Part shown: positions 11,182-21,253 of the stretch, piece after piece
Layout: the number at the start of each line of letters is the position of its first letter
How positions within the stretch are numbered: position 1 is the first letter of the stretch
Source: an uncultured Acidobacteriota bacterium
GTDB taxonomy: Bacteria; Acidobacteriota; Vicinamibacteria; Fen-336
Assembly (NCBI GenBank): GCA_963823195.1
Contig: CAWGKR010000004.1
Coordinates: 314,281 to 378,280, forward strand
DNA: 64,000 bases
Direction of reading: 5' to 3'
Translations under genes and position numbers: made by a program
Notes under the pieces: generated by a model
Database searches by the model: none
The model's input: the letters and a program-made list of their open reading frames with translations, nothing else
Told to the model about the DNA's origin: nothing

Positions 11182-11514
11182 ATGGCCGACGTGAGGAGCG
11201 TCACACTCAACCTGACCACCAAGGAGCTGACCTTCCTCCAGAAGGTGACGCGCCAGGACTACCACTTCATCACCGACGACGAGCAGGAGGCGCGCCTCAA
11301 GCTTCGAGACAAGCTCGTGGAGGGCGCCTACGACCAGAAGCAGAACCGCATCGTCCTCAGCTTGAACCGCGACGAGCTCCTCTTCCTCATCAAGGTGGCG
11401 CGGGAGAACTACTCCTTCATCGTGCGGTCCGAGAAGGAGGCCCGGCTGGCGCTGGCCGCGAAGCTCCACAAGACCGCGGAGACGGTCTTCGGGGTCTCGT
11501 CCCGGGAGGAGTAG
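11182..11514 (+). CDS. small hypothetical protein (110 aa) with an internal tandem duplication of about 40 aa
   Basis: GAGAGGAG Shine-Dalgarno sequence 6 nt upstream of the ATG. Two repeats: TKELTFLQKVTRQDYHFITDDEQEARLKL and NRDELLFLIKVARENYSFIVRSEKEARLAL. Clean stop, sensible intergenic spacing. Confidence 0.6.
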   Translation: MADVRSVTLNLTTKELTFLQKVTRQDYHFITDDEQEARLKLRDKLVEGAYDQKQNRIVLSLNRDELLFLIKVARENYSFIVRSEKEARLALAAKLHKTAETVFGVSSREE

Positions 11515-11532
11515 CGGGAGTAGCCCGCCCGT

Positions 11533-12801
11533 TCAGGGCTTGGCCGGCTCCGCGGGCGCCTTCCGCGTGACCATCAGATGGCCCCGGTGGTTCACGTCGG
11601 GGTAGCCGTACCGGAACGTGATCTCCCGGTGGGGCTCGGACTTCCATAGCTCCTTGAAGGCGTCGGTCTCCTTCTGGTACGCGGGCCCCTGGAACGCCGG
11701 AATGAACGTCCCCTCGAAGCTGCCGTAGGTCTCCTGGACGAACCCCGCCTTCGCCGCGTAGCGCGGCGGCACCCCCGTCGTGTCGGAGAACGTGAAATCC
11801 GCGTTGGTCAGGAGGTAGTTCCGGATCGTGGAGAAGTCTCCCATCCAGAGGAGATACATGGCGGCCTTCACCATCGCCGAGACGTGTCCCTTGCTCTCCA
11901 GGTGATGGAGCAGCCTCGGGTCCTTGGCCAGCGGCCCGTTCGCGATGTTGGCGGCGATGTGGCGGTGCACTTGCGGAACGGCGTCGGTCTTGCCGACCGG
12001 ACGGAACCCGACCTCGAGGTTCGAGAACGCCTCGGAGAAGTCGGGGGCGTTCCAGATCGTGTTGAGCTTCTGCGCCTTCTTCGGCTCGCTCGCGGCGATG
12101 TCTTCGGCGGTGAGGTAGTGGATCGTCCCGTCGGGCTCGAGGCGGAAGTACCGGAGGGACACGGGCTCCTGGCCGTGGACCGCCAGGCCCACCACGAAGA
12201 ACGCGAGCTGCCCCGGGATCCCGCCGCGCTGGATCTTCATCAGGTCCTCGCTCGCGCTGTCGTCGAGGGTGAGGAGCTGCTTGATGGTCCTCCGGAAGAG
12301 GTCGAGGCTCTTGGACAGCTCGTCGCTCGTGAGGGACTTGAGCCGACGCGGGTCGCCGCCGTGCTCGAGGGCGACGGTCGTGATCACGGTCGCGTCCGGG
12401 TAGCTGGTGAGCGCTGAGATGAGGTCGCCTCCGCCGAAGGGGTAGACCACCTCCTTCGGCAGGCCCTCGGGACGCAGCTTCGCGAGGTAGGGCTTGGCCA
12501 CGCCGACGTAGAGCTTGCGGTAGGCCTCGATCTTGGGCTCCATCCACTCGCAGTGGGTCTTCACCACCGCGGCGTCGATCCCTTCGGGGAGGGGATCGTT
12601 CCCCGCGCACGCCGCGATTCGATAGAGAAGGCGCACGTCGGACGTGAAGTCCTCCCCCTCGAGGGGCACGGGCGTCGGCGCCGGCGTGGCGACCGTCGTA
12701 GGTGGTGGGGGCGGAGGAGCGTCCTGGGGCTTGGCGCTGCACGCGCCGGCTTCGAGCGCAAGGATGACGACGAAGAGGGCGGGTCGGAAGGATCGGTTCA
12801 T
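11533..12801 (-). CDS. hypothetical lipoprotein (signal peptide with lipobox AGACS)
   Basis: 422-aa ORF. N-terminus MNRSFRPALFVVILALEAGAC-S followed by a Pro-rich linker. No family recognised. Confidence 0.65.
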   Translation of the reverse strand: MNRSFRPALFVVILALEAGACSAKPQDAPPPPPPTTVATPAPTPVPLEGEDFTSDVRLLYRIAACAGNDPLPEGIDAAVVKTHCEWMEPKIEAYRKLYVGVAKPYLAKLRPEGLPKEVVYPFGGGDLISALTSYPDATVITTVALEHGGDPRRLKSLTSDELSKSLDLFRRTIKQLLTLDDSASEDLMKIQRGGIPGQLAFFVVGLAVHGQEPVSLRYFRLEPDGTIHYLTAEDIAASEPKKAQKLNTIWNAPDFSEAFSNLEVGFRPVGKTDAVPQVHRHIAANIANGPLAKDPRLLHHLESKGHVSAMVKAAMYLLWMGDFSTIRNYLLTNADFTFSDTTGVPPRYAAKAGFVQETYGSFEGTFIPAFQGPAYQKETDAFKELWKSEPHREITFRYGYPDVNHRGHLMVTRKAPAEPAKP

Positions 12802-12863
12802 GGAGCGTAATCATGCAACGAAATGCCTTCTCGCGGTAGCGCCCTTGGTATGCTTTCTCCGTC

Positions 12864-14762
12864 ATGCGCTCGTTCATCGTCGGGACGGCCGGCCACATCG
12901 ACCACGGGAAGAGCGCGCTGGTCCGGGCCCTGACGGGCACCGACCCCGACCGGCTGAAGGAAGAGAAGGAGCGCGGAATCACCATCGACCTCGGCTTCGC
13001 ACACCTCGCCCTGGCCGACGACGTCGTGGTCTCGTTCATCGACGTCCCCGGCCACGAGCGCTTCGTCCGGAACATGCTGGCGGGAGCCCACGGCATCGAC
13101 GCCGCCGTCCTGGTGGTGGCGGCCGACGAGTCCGTGATGCCGCAGACCCGGGAGCACTTCGACATCTGCCGGCTCCTGCGGATCCCGCTCGGCCTCGTGG
13201 CGCTGACGAAGTGCGATCTGGCCGACGTCGAGACGCAGGACGTGGCCGAGAGCGAGGTGCGACAGCTCGTGGCAGGATCGTTTCTCGACGGCGCGCCGAT
13301 GGTCCGCGTCTCGTCGCGCACCGGCGCCGGGCTGTCGGAGCTCCGGAAAGCGCTCCTCGACCTGGCGCGGGGAGCCGCCCCGCGCTCCGACGCCGGTGCC
13401 CTCCGCCTGCCGGTCGACCGCGTCTTCACGCTTCGGGGCTTCGGGACGATCGCGACCGGGACCCTCGTCGCGGGAAGCCTCGCCGAGGGGGACGAGATCG
13501 AGGTCCTTCCCTCGGGGCGGCGCGCGCGGGCCCGAAGCCTCCAGGTCCACGGCGGGGAGGTCCACCGAGCGAGCGCGGGGACCCGGGTCGCCGTCAACCT
13601 GGCCGGCCTCGAGGTGGCGGATCTGGGACGCGGGGACGTCCTGGCCCAGCCGGGCGCGTTGCGGCCGACCTCGATCCTGGATGTGCGCGTCTCGCTGCTG
13701 TCCGGACAGCGCCCGCTCCGGGACCAGACCCGCCTTCGGGTCCACGTGGCCAGCGCCGAGATCCTGGGTCGGGTTCGCTTCCCCGGCGGCCGGGTCCTGG
13801 CTCCCGGCGAGGAGAGCCTCGCGCAGATCCGTCTGGAGAAGCCCACGGTGGCGACACGCGGCGATCGCCTCATCCTCCGCGCCTACTCACCGGCCGTCAC
13901 GGTGGGCGGGGCCCGGGTCCTCGACCCCCTGCCGGGAAAGCGGCGCGCGTCCGAAGTCCCGGACGAGCAGCGCGCGGCCGCGCTGGAGTCGGGTGACGTG
14001 ACCGAGGCGGCGACGGCCCTGGTGAACGAGGCGGGGGAGCGCGGGGTCGACCTTCACGCCCTGTCGGCTCGGATCGGGTCTCCCCGGGGGGTTCTCTCGC
14101 AGGCCCTCGCCGCGCGTTCGGACGTCGTGGCGGTCGGCGGCGACCCGCCTATCTACGTCTCCAGGGCGTCGCTGGCGGCCGTGGGCCGGCGCATCGTGAG
14201 CGTGGTCTCCACCTTCCACGCCGAGAACCCGATCCGCACCGCGATCCCACGCGAGGAGCTGAGACAGCGGCTCACGTCGAGAGGCGCGGGGCCGGTCTTC
14301 GATCGCGCCCTCGAAGATGTGGCCGAGGGGGGGGAGCTCCGTATCGGCGACGCGGGGGTCGCCCTGGCCCGCCACTCCGTGGCCCTGAAGCCCGACGAGC
14401 AAGCGGCCCGGGACTCCCTGACGGCCGCGGCGCGGGCGGCGCGCCTCGAGGGGATCGAGGTCGGTCGTCTGGCCTCCGCCAGCGGCCAGGACCCGCGGAC
14501 GCTGGAGCGCGTGGCGCGCCTCCTCGCCACCGAAGGCGTGCTGCGGCGGGTCGGCGAGGCCTGGGTGGAGGCCGCCGCCCTGGATGCGCTCAAGGACGAG
14601 GTGAGGCGACGCTGGCCCCCCGGCTCCCGTCTCGACGTGGGCGAGTTCAAGGCGCTCACGGGGCTCACGCGGCGGTTCGTGATCCCTCTTCTCGAGCACA
14701 TGGACGCGACCCACGTCACGCGCCGCTCCGGAAACGAGCGATTCACCGTATCATCGCGCTGA
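12864..14762 (+). CDS. selB: selenocysteine-specific translation elongation factor SelB
   Basis: GTPase motifs AGHIDHGKS, DVPGHERF and TKCD, followed by the SelB winged-helix C-terminal domains. Intact. Confidence 0.9.
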   Translation: MRSFIVGTAGHIDHGKSALVRALTGTDPDRLKEEKERGITIDLGFAHLALADDVVVSFIDVPGHERFVRNMLAGAHGIDAAVLVVAADESVMPQTREHFDICRLLRIPLGLVALTKCDLADVETQDVAESEVRQLVAGSFLDGAPMVRVSSRTGAGLSELRKALLDLARGAAPRSDAGALRLPVDRVFTLRGFGTIATGTLVAGSLAEGDEIEVLPSGRRARARSLQVHGGEVHRASAGTRVAVNLAGLEVADLGRGDVLAQPGALRPTSILDVRVSLLSGQRPLRDQTRLRVHVASAEILGRVRFPGGRVLAPGEESLAQIRLEKPTVATRGDRLILRAYSPAVTVGGARVLDPLPGKRRASEVPDEQRAAALESGDVTEAATALVNEAGERGVDLHALSARIGSPRGVLSQALAARSDVVAVGGDPPIYVSRASLAAVGRRIVSVVSTFHAENPIRTAIPREELRQRLTSRGAGPVFDRALEDVAEGGELRIGDAGVALARHSVALKPDEQAARDSLTAAARAARLEGIEVGRLASASGQDPRTLERVARLLATEGVLRRVGEAWVEAAALDALKDEVRRRWPPGSRLDVGEFKALTGLTRRFVIPLLEHMDATHVTRRSGNERFTVSSR

Positions 14763-15148
14763 TGTCCTCGGCAGTGGATCGCAAGAGCGGGAAGGAGCGG
14801 CGGTCGAGCGGGCTCCTCCGCGTGCCGTTCGTGCGCGCCTGCTCCCTCTGGATGGGGGGAGACCCGAAGAGCGCGTTCATCGTGAACATCAACGTCCTGG
14901 GCGCCTACCTCGCGTCCGACGAGATCCCGGTCGTCGGCACGGTCATCGCCATCCGGTTCCAGGTCCCGGGGAACGAGATCGAGACCGAGATCCGCGGCGC
15001 CGTCGCGTGGGTCAACCCCGTGCAGCAGCACGTCGTCCACAGCCTGCCGCCGGGATTCGGCATGCGCTTCGTCGGCCTGGCGGATGCGGCTCGCGCCCGC
15101 ATCGAGACCATCGTCGGGGAGTACGCCCTCCGTCAGCGACAGCCGTAG
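14762..15148 (+). CDS. PilZ domain protein (c-di-GMP binding); start overlaps the selB stop (ATGA)
   Basis: 128-aa ORF with a PilZ-like core (RxxxR ... DxSxxG-like: GKERRSSGLLRVPFVRACSLWMGGDP ... GFGMRF). ATG at 14762 overlaps the selB TGA. Confidence 0.6.
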   Translation: MSSAVDRKSGKERRSSGLLRVPFVRACSLWMGGDPKSAFIVNINVLGAYLASDEIPVVGTVIAIRFQVPGNEIETEIRGAVAWVNPVQQHVVHSLPPGFGMRFVGLADAARARIETIVGEYALRQRQP

Positions 15149-16453
15149 CTACACAAACAGGCTGACGGGGTTCTCCAGGAGGCGGCGGACCTCGGCCAGG
15201 AACTGCGCGGCGAGCGCGCCGTCGACGACGCGGTGGTCGGCGCTCAGCGTCACCTTCATCCGATGGCCGACGGCGAGCTGGTCGTTCACCACGACCGGCA
15301 TCTTGCGGACCGCGCCGACCGCCAGGATGGCGCTTTCGGGCGGGTTGATGATGGCCGTGAACTCGGTCACGTCGTACATCCCGAGGTTGGAGATGCTGAA
15401 CGTCGAGCCCATGAACTCCTCGGGGCGAAGCTTCCGGTCCCGGGCTCGGGTGGCCAGGTCCTTCACCTCCCGTGAGATGTCCACGACCGCCTTCCGATCG
15501 GCGTTGCGGACCACGGGGACGATGAGGCCGTCGGGCACCGCGACGGCGACGCCGATGTGGACGTCGGCATGGGTCACGATCTTGTCGCCGCCCCAGGAGG
15601 CGTTGACGCTCGAGAAGCGCGTGAGGGCACGGGCGCAGGCCTTCACCACGAGGTCGTTGAACGACACCTTGACGTTCTCGCCGCGGACCAGCTGCTCGCG
15701 AAGGCCCACGGCCGCGTCCATGTCGATCTCGACGGTCACGTAGAAGTGGGGCGCCGTGAACTTGCTCTCGGAGAGGCGCTTGGCGATCGTCTTCCGCATG
15801 TTGGAGAGCGGGATCTCCTGGCCGGGCGTCGGCTGCGGCGTCACCGGTGCGGCCGCGCGCGGTTCCGCCGGAGCCGCTGCGCCGGAAGCGCGGGGCGCGG
15901 GCCGCGCGCCGGAGGCGTAGGCCTCGATGTCGCGCTTGACGATCCGGCCGCCGGGGCCGCTGCCGGCGACGGACCCGAGCGGGATGTTCTGCTGCGCGGC
16001 GATGGAGCGCGCCAGAGGGCTGGCCTTCACGCGTCCGCCGTCGTTCGAGACGGCCGGCTGGGGCGCGACGGCCACGGGCGCCGCCGGCGGGGGAGCGGGA
16101 GACGTGACGACGGGCGCGGGCGTCGCGGCGACCGCGGGTGCCGGCGCGGCAGGTGCCGGCGCAGGAGCCGGCGCCGCAGCTGCCGATGCGATCATCGCCG
16201 AGATGTCCTCGTTGGCACCCGCGACGACGCCGATCAGCGCTCCAACGGGAGCCTTGCCGCCGGCCGGAACCAGGATCTTGCGCAGGATCCCGTCCCCGAG
16301 GGCCTCCATCTCCATGTTGGCCTTGTCGGTCTCGATCTCGGCCAGGACGTCGCCCACCTTGACGGCATCGCCTTCGTTCTTGGTCCACTTGACGATGGTC
16401 CCCTCTTCCATCGTCGGCGACAGCTTGGCCAGCACGACCTTGGTGACGCTCAT
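15149..16453 (-). CDS. pdhC: dihydrolipoamide acetyltransferase (PDH complex E2)
   Basis: Lipoyl domain ([23 protein letters not shown]...[13 protein letters not shown]), Ala/Pro linker, E3-binding domain and catalytic domain ([10 protein letters not shown]). ATG overlaps the E1-beta stop (ATGA). Confidence 0.9.
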   Translation of the reverse strand: MSVTKVVLAKLSPTMEEGTIVKWTKNEGDAVKVGDVLAEIETDKANMEMEALGDGILRKILVPAGGKAPVGALIGVVAGANEDISAMIASAAAAPAPAPAPAAPAPAVAATPAPVVTSPAPPPAAPVAVAPQPAVSNDGGRVKASPLARSIAAQQNIPLGSVAGSGPGGRIVKRDIEAYASGARPAPRASGAAAPAEPRAAAPVTPQPTPGQEIPLSNMRKTIAKRLSESKFTAPHFYVTVEIDMDAAVGLREQLVRGENVKVSFNDLVVKACARALTRFSSVNASWGGDKIVTHADVHIGVAVAVPDGLIVPVVRNADRKAVVDISREVKDLATRARDRKLRPEEFMGSTFSISNLGMYDVTEFTAIINPPESAILAVGAVRKMPVVVNDQLAVGHRMKVTLSADHRVVDGALAAQFLAEVRRLLENPVSLFV

Positions 16454-17428
16454 CGGTAGAGGACCTGGTGGACGGCGTCGACCACCTTCTCCGGCTGCGG
16501 CAGGTAGGCCTTCTCCAGCGTCTTGGCGTAGGGCATCGGGACGTCGGCGGCGGTCACTCGGATCACGGGCGCGTCGAGGGCGTCGAAGCACTCGCGCTGC
16601 ACCCGGTCGGCGATCTCGGCGCCGAAGCCCGCGTACCGCCACCCCTCCTCGACCACGACGCAGCGGTTCGTCTTCCGGACCGAGTCGAAGATCAGGTCCT
16701 CGTCGAGGGGGCGCAGCGTGCGCGGATCCACCACCTCGGCCTCGATGCCGTCCTTCGCCAGGAGGTCGGCGGCCTGGAGCGACGTGGTGACCGACCGACT
16801 CCACGCGACGATGGTCACGTCCTTCCCCTCGCGCTTCACGTCGCGCGAGGCCGAGGGGGATGTGGTACTCCTCGTCGGGGACCTCGCCCTTGAAGTTGTA
16901 GAGGACCTCGTTCTCCATGAAGATCACGGGGTTGTCGTCGCGGATGGCGCTCTTCAGGAGCCCCTTCGCGTCCTTGGGCGTCGACGGCATCACCACCACG
17001 AGGCCGGGGATGTGGGCGTACCAGCTCTCGAGGGCCTGCGAGTGCTGTGCGGCCACCTGGGCGGCCGCTCCCGACGGTCCGCGCATCACCATGGGGCAGC
17101 GGATCTGGCCGCCCGACATGTAGCGGTACTTGGCGGCGTGGTTGACGATCTGGTCGAGGGCGAGGATCGAGAAGTTGAACGTCATCATCTCGGCGATGGG
17201 GCGGAGGCCGATGAAGGCCGCGCCGACGGCGATGCCGGCGATGGCCTCCTCGGCGATGGGCGTGTCGCGGACGCGCCACTCGCCGTACTTCGCCAGCAGC
17301 CCCTGGGTGATCTTGTAGGCGCCCTGGTAGGCGCCCACCTCTTCGCCCAGGATGAAGACGTTCGGGTCCCGGGCCATCTCCTCGTTCATGGCCTGGTTCA
17401 GCGCCTCGCGCATCGTCAGGAGGGCCAC
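16450..17428 (-). CDS. pdhB: pyruvate dehydrogenase E1 beta subunit; one frameshift near 16840-16870
   Basis: [47 protein letters not shown]...[12 protein letters not shown], then a shifted frame [13 protein letters not shown]...[14 protein letters not shown] start 5 nt after the inferred E1-alpha TAG. Confidence 0.85.
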
Positions 17429-17430
17429 GG

Positions 17431-18508
17431 CTAGCTCCCCACCTTGACGACGGCGGGCGCCGGTGCCGGGTACTCCGCGGGCACGCGGTCCTCGCGAACG
17501 GCGGCGCGCCAGGCCGGATCCTTCTCGGCCGCCCTTCATGTGCATGTACGGGGAGCGCACGTAGACGTCCTCGAAGAGGGATTCGGCCGGCGGGAACGGG
17601 CTCTCCTCGGCGAACTTCACGGCCGCGTCCATCTCCGCCAGGATCTCCTGGTCCATCGCGTCCAGCTCGGACTGGGGGACGCGCTCCTGCTCGACGAGGC
17701 GCTTGCCGAAGAGGTGGAGGGGGTCGGACTGCATCATGTGCTCCACCTCCTCCTTGGTGCGGTACTTCCCCGGGTCGGACATCGAGTGGCCGCGGTACCG
17801 GTAGGTCTCGGCCTCGATGAGGGTGGGCCGCTTCTCCTTGCGGGCCCGATCGATGGCCTCGCCCAGGACGTCCCGCACGGCCATGAGGTCCATGCCGTTC
17901 ACCTCGCGGCGCGGTATGCCGTAGGCCGAGCCCCGCTGGTAGAGGTCCTTCACCGACGACGCGCGGTCGAGGGCCGTCCCCATGCCGTACCGGTTGTTCT
18001 CGATGATGTAGACGACGGGGAGGTCCCAGAGGGCGCTCACGTTCAGGGCCTCGTGGAAGGCGCCCTCGTTCACGGCGCCGTCGCCGAAGAAGCAGAGCGC
18101 GACCTGGTCCGTTCCCCGAAGCCGGATGCCGTAGCCCATGCCCGCGGCCATCGGGATGTGCCCGCCCACGATGCCGTCGCCGCCGAAGTTGCCGCGCGGG
18201 ACGTCGTAGAAGTGCATGCTGCCGCCCTTGCCGCGGCTGATGCCGGTGGCCCTGCCGCACAGCTCGGCCAGCAGCGGCCGGGCGTCGGTGCCCCGGGCCA
18301 GGGCGAGGCCATGGTCGCGGTAGGAGGTGACGAAGTAGTCGTCGGATCGCAGCAGGCTCATCGCCGCCACGCCGACCGCCTCCTGGCCGATGTACAGGTG
18401 GAGGAAGCCGCCGATCTTCCCTTCCACGTAGAGCTGCGCGCAGCGCTCTTCGAAGCGGCGGATGAGAAGCATCGAACGGTAGAGTGAAAGCGCCTCTTGT
18501 CTATCCAT
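17431..18508 (-). CDS. pdhA: pyruvate dehydrogenase E1 alpha subunit (TPP-binding); frameshift near the C-terminus
   Basis: [45 protein letters not shown]...[15 protein letters not shown]...[11 protein letters not shown]. As given, it reads in frame into pdhB without a stop; a 1-nt frame correction gives ...KVGS-TAG located 5 nt before the pdhB GTG. Confidence 0.85.
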
Positions 18509-18584
18509 TTCTTTCTGGGCCGAGCGAGAGAGTGAGCAACATGTTTTATACCGCGCCGGCCGCGGGGCGTCAACGAACGCATGT

Positions 18585-19545
18585 TAGGCTCGGCCCGTGG
18601 ACAGCCTCCTCGCGCAGGCGCTGGGCGGAATCCTCGAGGGCGCGGAACCTGGCGGCCGCCATCGCCCTCGGGGCTTTCGCGGGCCTCGTCCTCGACATCG
18701 CCCTGCGCTTGCGATCGGGGCGCGCCGGCACCCTGCGAGCCCTTGCCTTCGCGGGCTTGGGGATCGCCGCGCTCGCCCTCGGCGGCCTCTACGCGTTCCT
18801 GGCGCGGTCCCTGGCTCCACCTGGGCGTTCGAGGGGCCCTTGCCCTGGCCCTCGGGAGCCTGCTGGTGGCGGGACCTGTCCTCGCCCTGCTCGTCGCGGG
18901 CCGCCCCGCGGCTGTGTGGCGGGATCGGCGCCTGGCTCGGGCGAGCCGGCGTGCTGGCGGCCCTCGTCGCCGTCGCGGTGGTCACGCTCCTGACCGCGGG
19001 CTTCGTCTCCCTGACCGAGGACCACCCCGTGCTCCTGGTCGACGTCACCGGCGAGACCGGCTCCCGGGAGGTCCACTGGACGCCCCCGGACGGCACGCCC
19101 CAGGTCCAGAGCCTGACGACGCACCACGTCGTGTTCCGCGAGCCGGGCGGCTCGTTCGTGGCCGAGGCCTGGGTCTACGGGGACGAGGTGGCGGTGAAGG
19201 GGCGGGTCCTGCGTCTGTCTCCGGTGCTGAACGCCGCCGGCTTCCCCAACCTCTTCGAGCTGCTCTTCGCCCACAACGGCTGGACGCACGGCCGAGCGCC
19301 ACAACGCCTTCCCCCATGTCGGCGTCCTGCTTCCCCGCGTCGGCCCGCTCTCGGTGCACCCCCTCTGGCGTCCGCTCCAGGTGCGGCTGCTCGCCTACTG
19401 GGAGAGGCGCAGCGGAGACGGCGCCTGGGCCGTGCGCTCCGCCACGATCGAGTCGACGTACTTCCCGCTCGTGGACCCGGACGGCAAGCCGCTCAGCCAC
19501 ACGTACCGCCTCGTCCTGACCCCCGGCGGCCTGACCTCGTCGTGA
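18585..19545 (+). CDS. hypothetical multi-TM membrane protein with C-terminal soluble domain; at least 3 frameshifts
   Basis: TM segments are spread over three frames (LAAAIALGAFAGLVLDIAL / GALALALGSLLVAGPVLALLVAG / VLAALVAVAVVTLLTAGFV). A conserved-looking C-terminus follows (...VFREPGGSFVAEAWVYGDEVAVKGRVLRLSP...STYFPLVDPDGKPLSHTYRLVLTPGG). It is divergent from the pdh promoter and ends 5 bp before the amidohydrolase. Confidence 0.45.
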
Positions 19546-19550
19546 GAGGA

Positions 19551-21231
19551 CTTCGGCGCCGACGGATGGCCGTCGCGATCCTGGCCCTGGGCGCGGCCGC
19601 CAGTTCCGCGGGGCCCGTGCCGCCGCCCGACCTGATCCTCACCGGCGACTTCATCACCCTCGACCCGGGGACGCCGCGCGCACAGGCGATCGCCATCACC
19701 GGCCAGCGCATCGTGGCCGTGGGCCCGCAGGCCGGCGTCCTGGCGCTGGCCGGGCCGCATACCAGGCGCCTCGCGCTCCCCGGGGTCGTGGTTCCGGGCT
19801 TCGTCGATGCTCACGCCCATCCGTCGGCACTGGGAGAGCAGCTCGAGATCCTCGACCTGAGCAAGCTCTCGAAGGGGGAGATCCTCGCGCGCGTCGCTGC
19901 GGCGTCGCGCACGGCGCCGGAGGGCGAGTGGATCCGCGGAACAGGGTGGGACCAGGGGCGCTGGCAGCCGCCCGAGTTCCCGACGGCTGCCGAGCTCGAC
20001 GGGGTGTCGGGCACCCATCCCGCGCTCCTGGACCGCGTCGACGGCCACTCCGTCTGGATCAACTCCCGGGCGCTCCGCCTCGCTCGCATCACGCGCGACA
20101 CGCCCGACCCGAAGGGTGGGAGGGTCCAGCGCGACGCGGCCGGCGAGCCGACGGGCGTCCTGATCGACACGGCGGTCGATCTCGTGAGCCGAGTGGTGCC
20201 CGCGCCGACTCACGCCACGCTGGAACGCCGGCTTCGGGCGGCGATGGCCCGGTACGCGGCCTGGGGGTTGACGGGCGTCCACGATGCGGGCGCCAGCCTG
20301 GCCGACATCGCCCTCTACAAGGAGCTGCTCGCGAAGAAGGCCGCTGCCCCTCCGTGTCTACGCGATGGCCCTCGGCACCGGAGAGACGGCGGAGCACTAC
20401 CTGCAGAGCGGGCCCGAGATCGGCCTGGGCGACGGCCGCCTGACGATCCGGAGCTTCAAGGTGCTCCTCGACGGCGCCCTCGGATCGCGGGGAGCGCAGC
20501 TGTCGGAACCCTACAGCGACGCGCCGTCGGAGCGCGGCCTCGAGCTCCTGGGCGACCAGGCCCTGGCCACGCTCGTGGAACGGGCCGCCGCCAAGGGATT
20601 CCAGGTCTGCGCCCACGCCATCGGCGACCTCGCGAACCACCGCCTGCTCGACGCGTTCGCTCGGGCCGGAGACGCCGCCCGCAAGCTCCGGTTCCGCGAC
20701 GAGCACGCCTCCATCGTCCGGGACGAGGACGTGCCGCGGTTCGCGACGCTGGGCGTGGTCGCGTCGATGCAGCCGGTCTTCGTCGGGGAGTACAGCCGCT
20801 GGGCCGCCGAGCGCGTCGGGCCGGCTCGTCTCAAGTGGGTCTACCGCACGCGGGACTTGCTGGAGCAGGGCGCCGTCGTCGCCTCGGGGACCGACTTCCC
20901 GAGCTCCGACGCGGGGGACGCCGTGGCCACGCTCGCCAGCATGGTCACCCGGAGCGGCCCCGATGGCGCGCCGGCGGACGGCTGGCTTCCGGATCAGAGG
21001 GTCGATGTCGACGTCGCCTTGCGGAGCATGACGGCCGCACCCGCCTTCGCGTCCTTCCAGGAGAACGACCTGGGCGCGCTGACCGTCGGGCGATACGCCG
21101 ACCTCACAGTCCTCTCCGCGGACCCCTACGCGGTGCCGCCCGCCGAGCTGCGGTCCCTTCGCGTCCTCATGACCTGGGTGGGTGGCCGCGTCGTCTTCGA
21201 GCTCGGCGTCGCGCCCTGGGAAGGGCGGGGG
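19551..21231 (+). CDS. amidohydrolase family protein (Amidohydro_3 / YtcJ-like metal-dependent hydrolase), secreted; frameshift near 20320-20345; exact stop uncertain
   Basis: Arg-rich signal peptide (V/M)[22 protein letters not shown]; GFVDAHAHP metal-binding motif; ...AHAIGD...HASIV...ASMQP...SGTDFP...[12 protein letters not shown]. Confidence 0.75.
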
Positions 21232-21253
21232 GTGCATCGGCTCGAGCCAGGCG

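Noticed and set aside
15700-16400. Repetitive Ala/Pro-coding DNA (gcgccggcgcaggagccggcgccgcagc...) that could be mistaken for a repeat array
   Set aside because: It encodes the flexible Ala/Pro linkers of the PDH E2 lipoyl and E3-binding domains. There are no spacers or direct-repeat periodicity as in a CRISPR array.
16450-18508. 1119-aa ORF apparently fusing pdhA, pdhB and E2 into one polypeptide
   Set aside because: This is an artefact of frameshift(s) and of the GC-rich out-of-frame regions lacking stops. The genuine products are three separate genes with canonical TAG-5 nt-GTG and ATGA junctions once frames are corrected.
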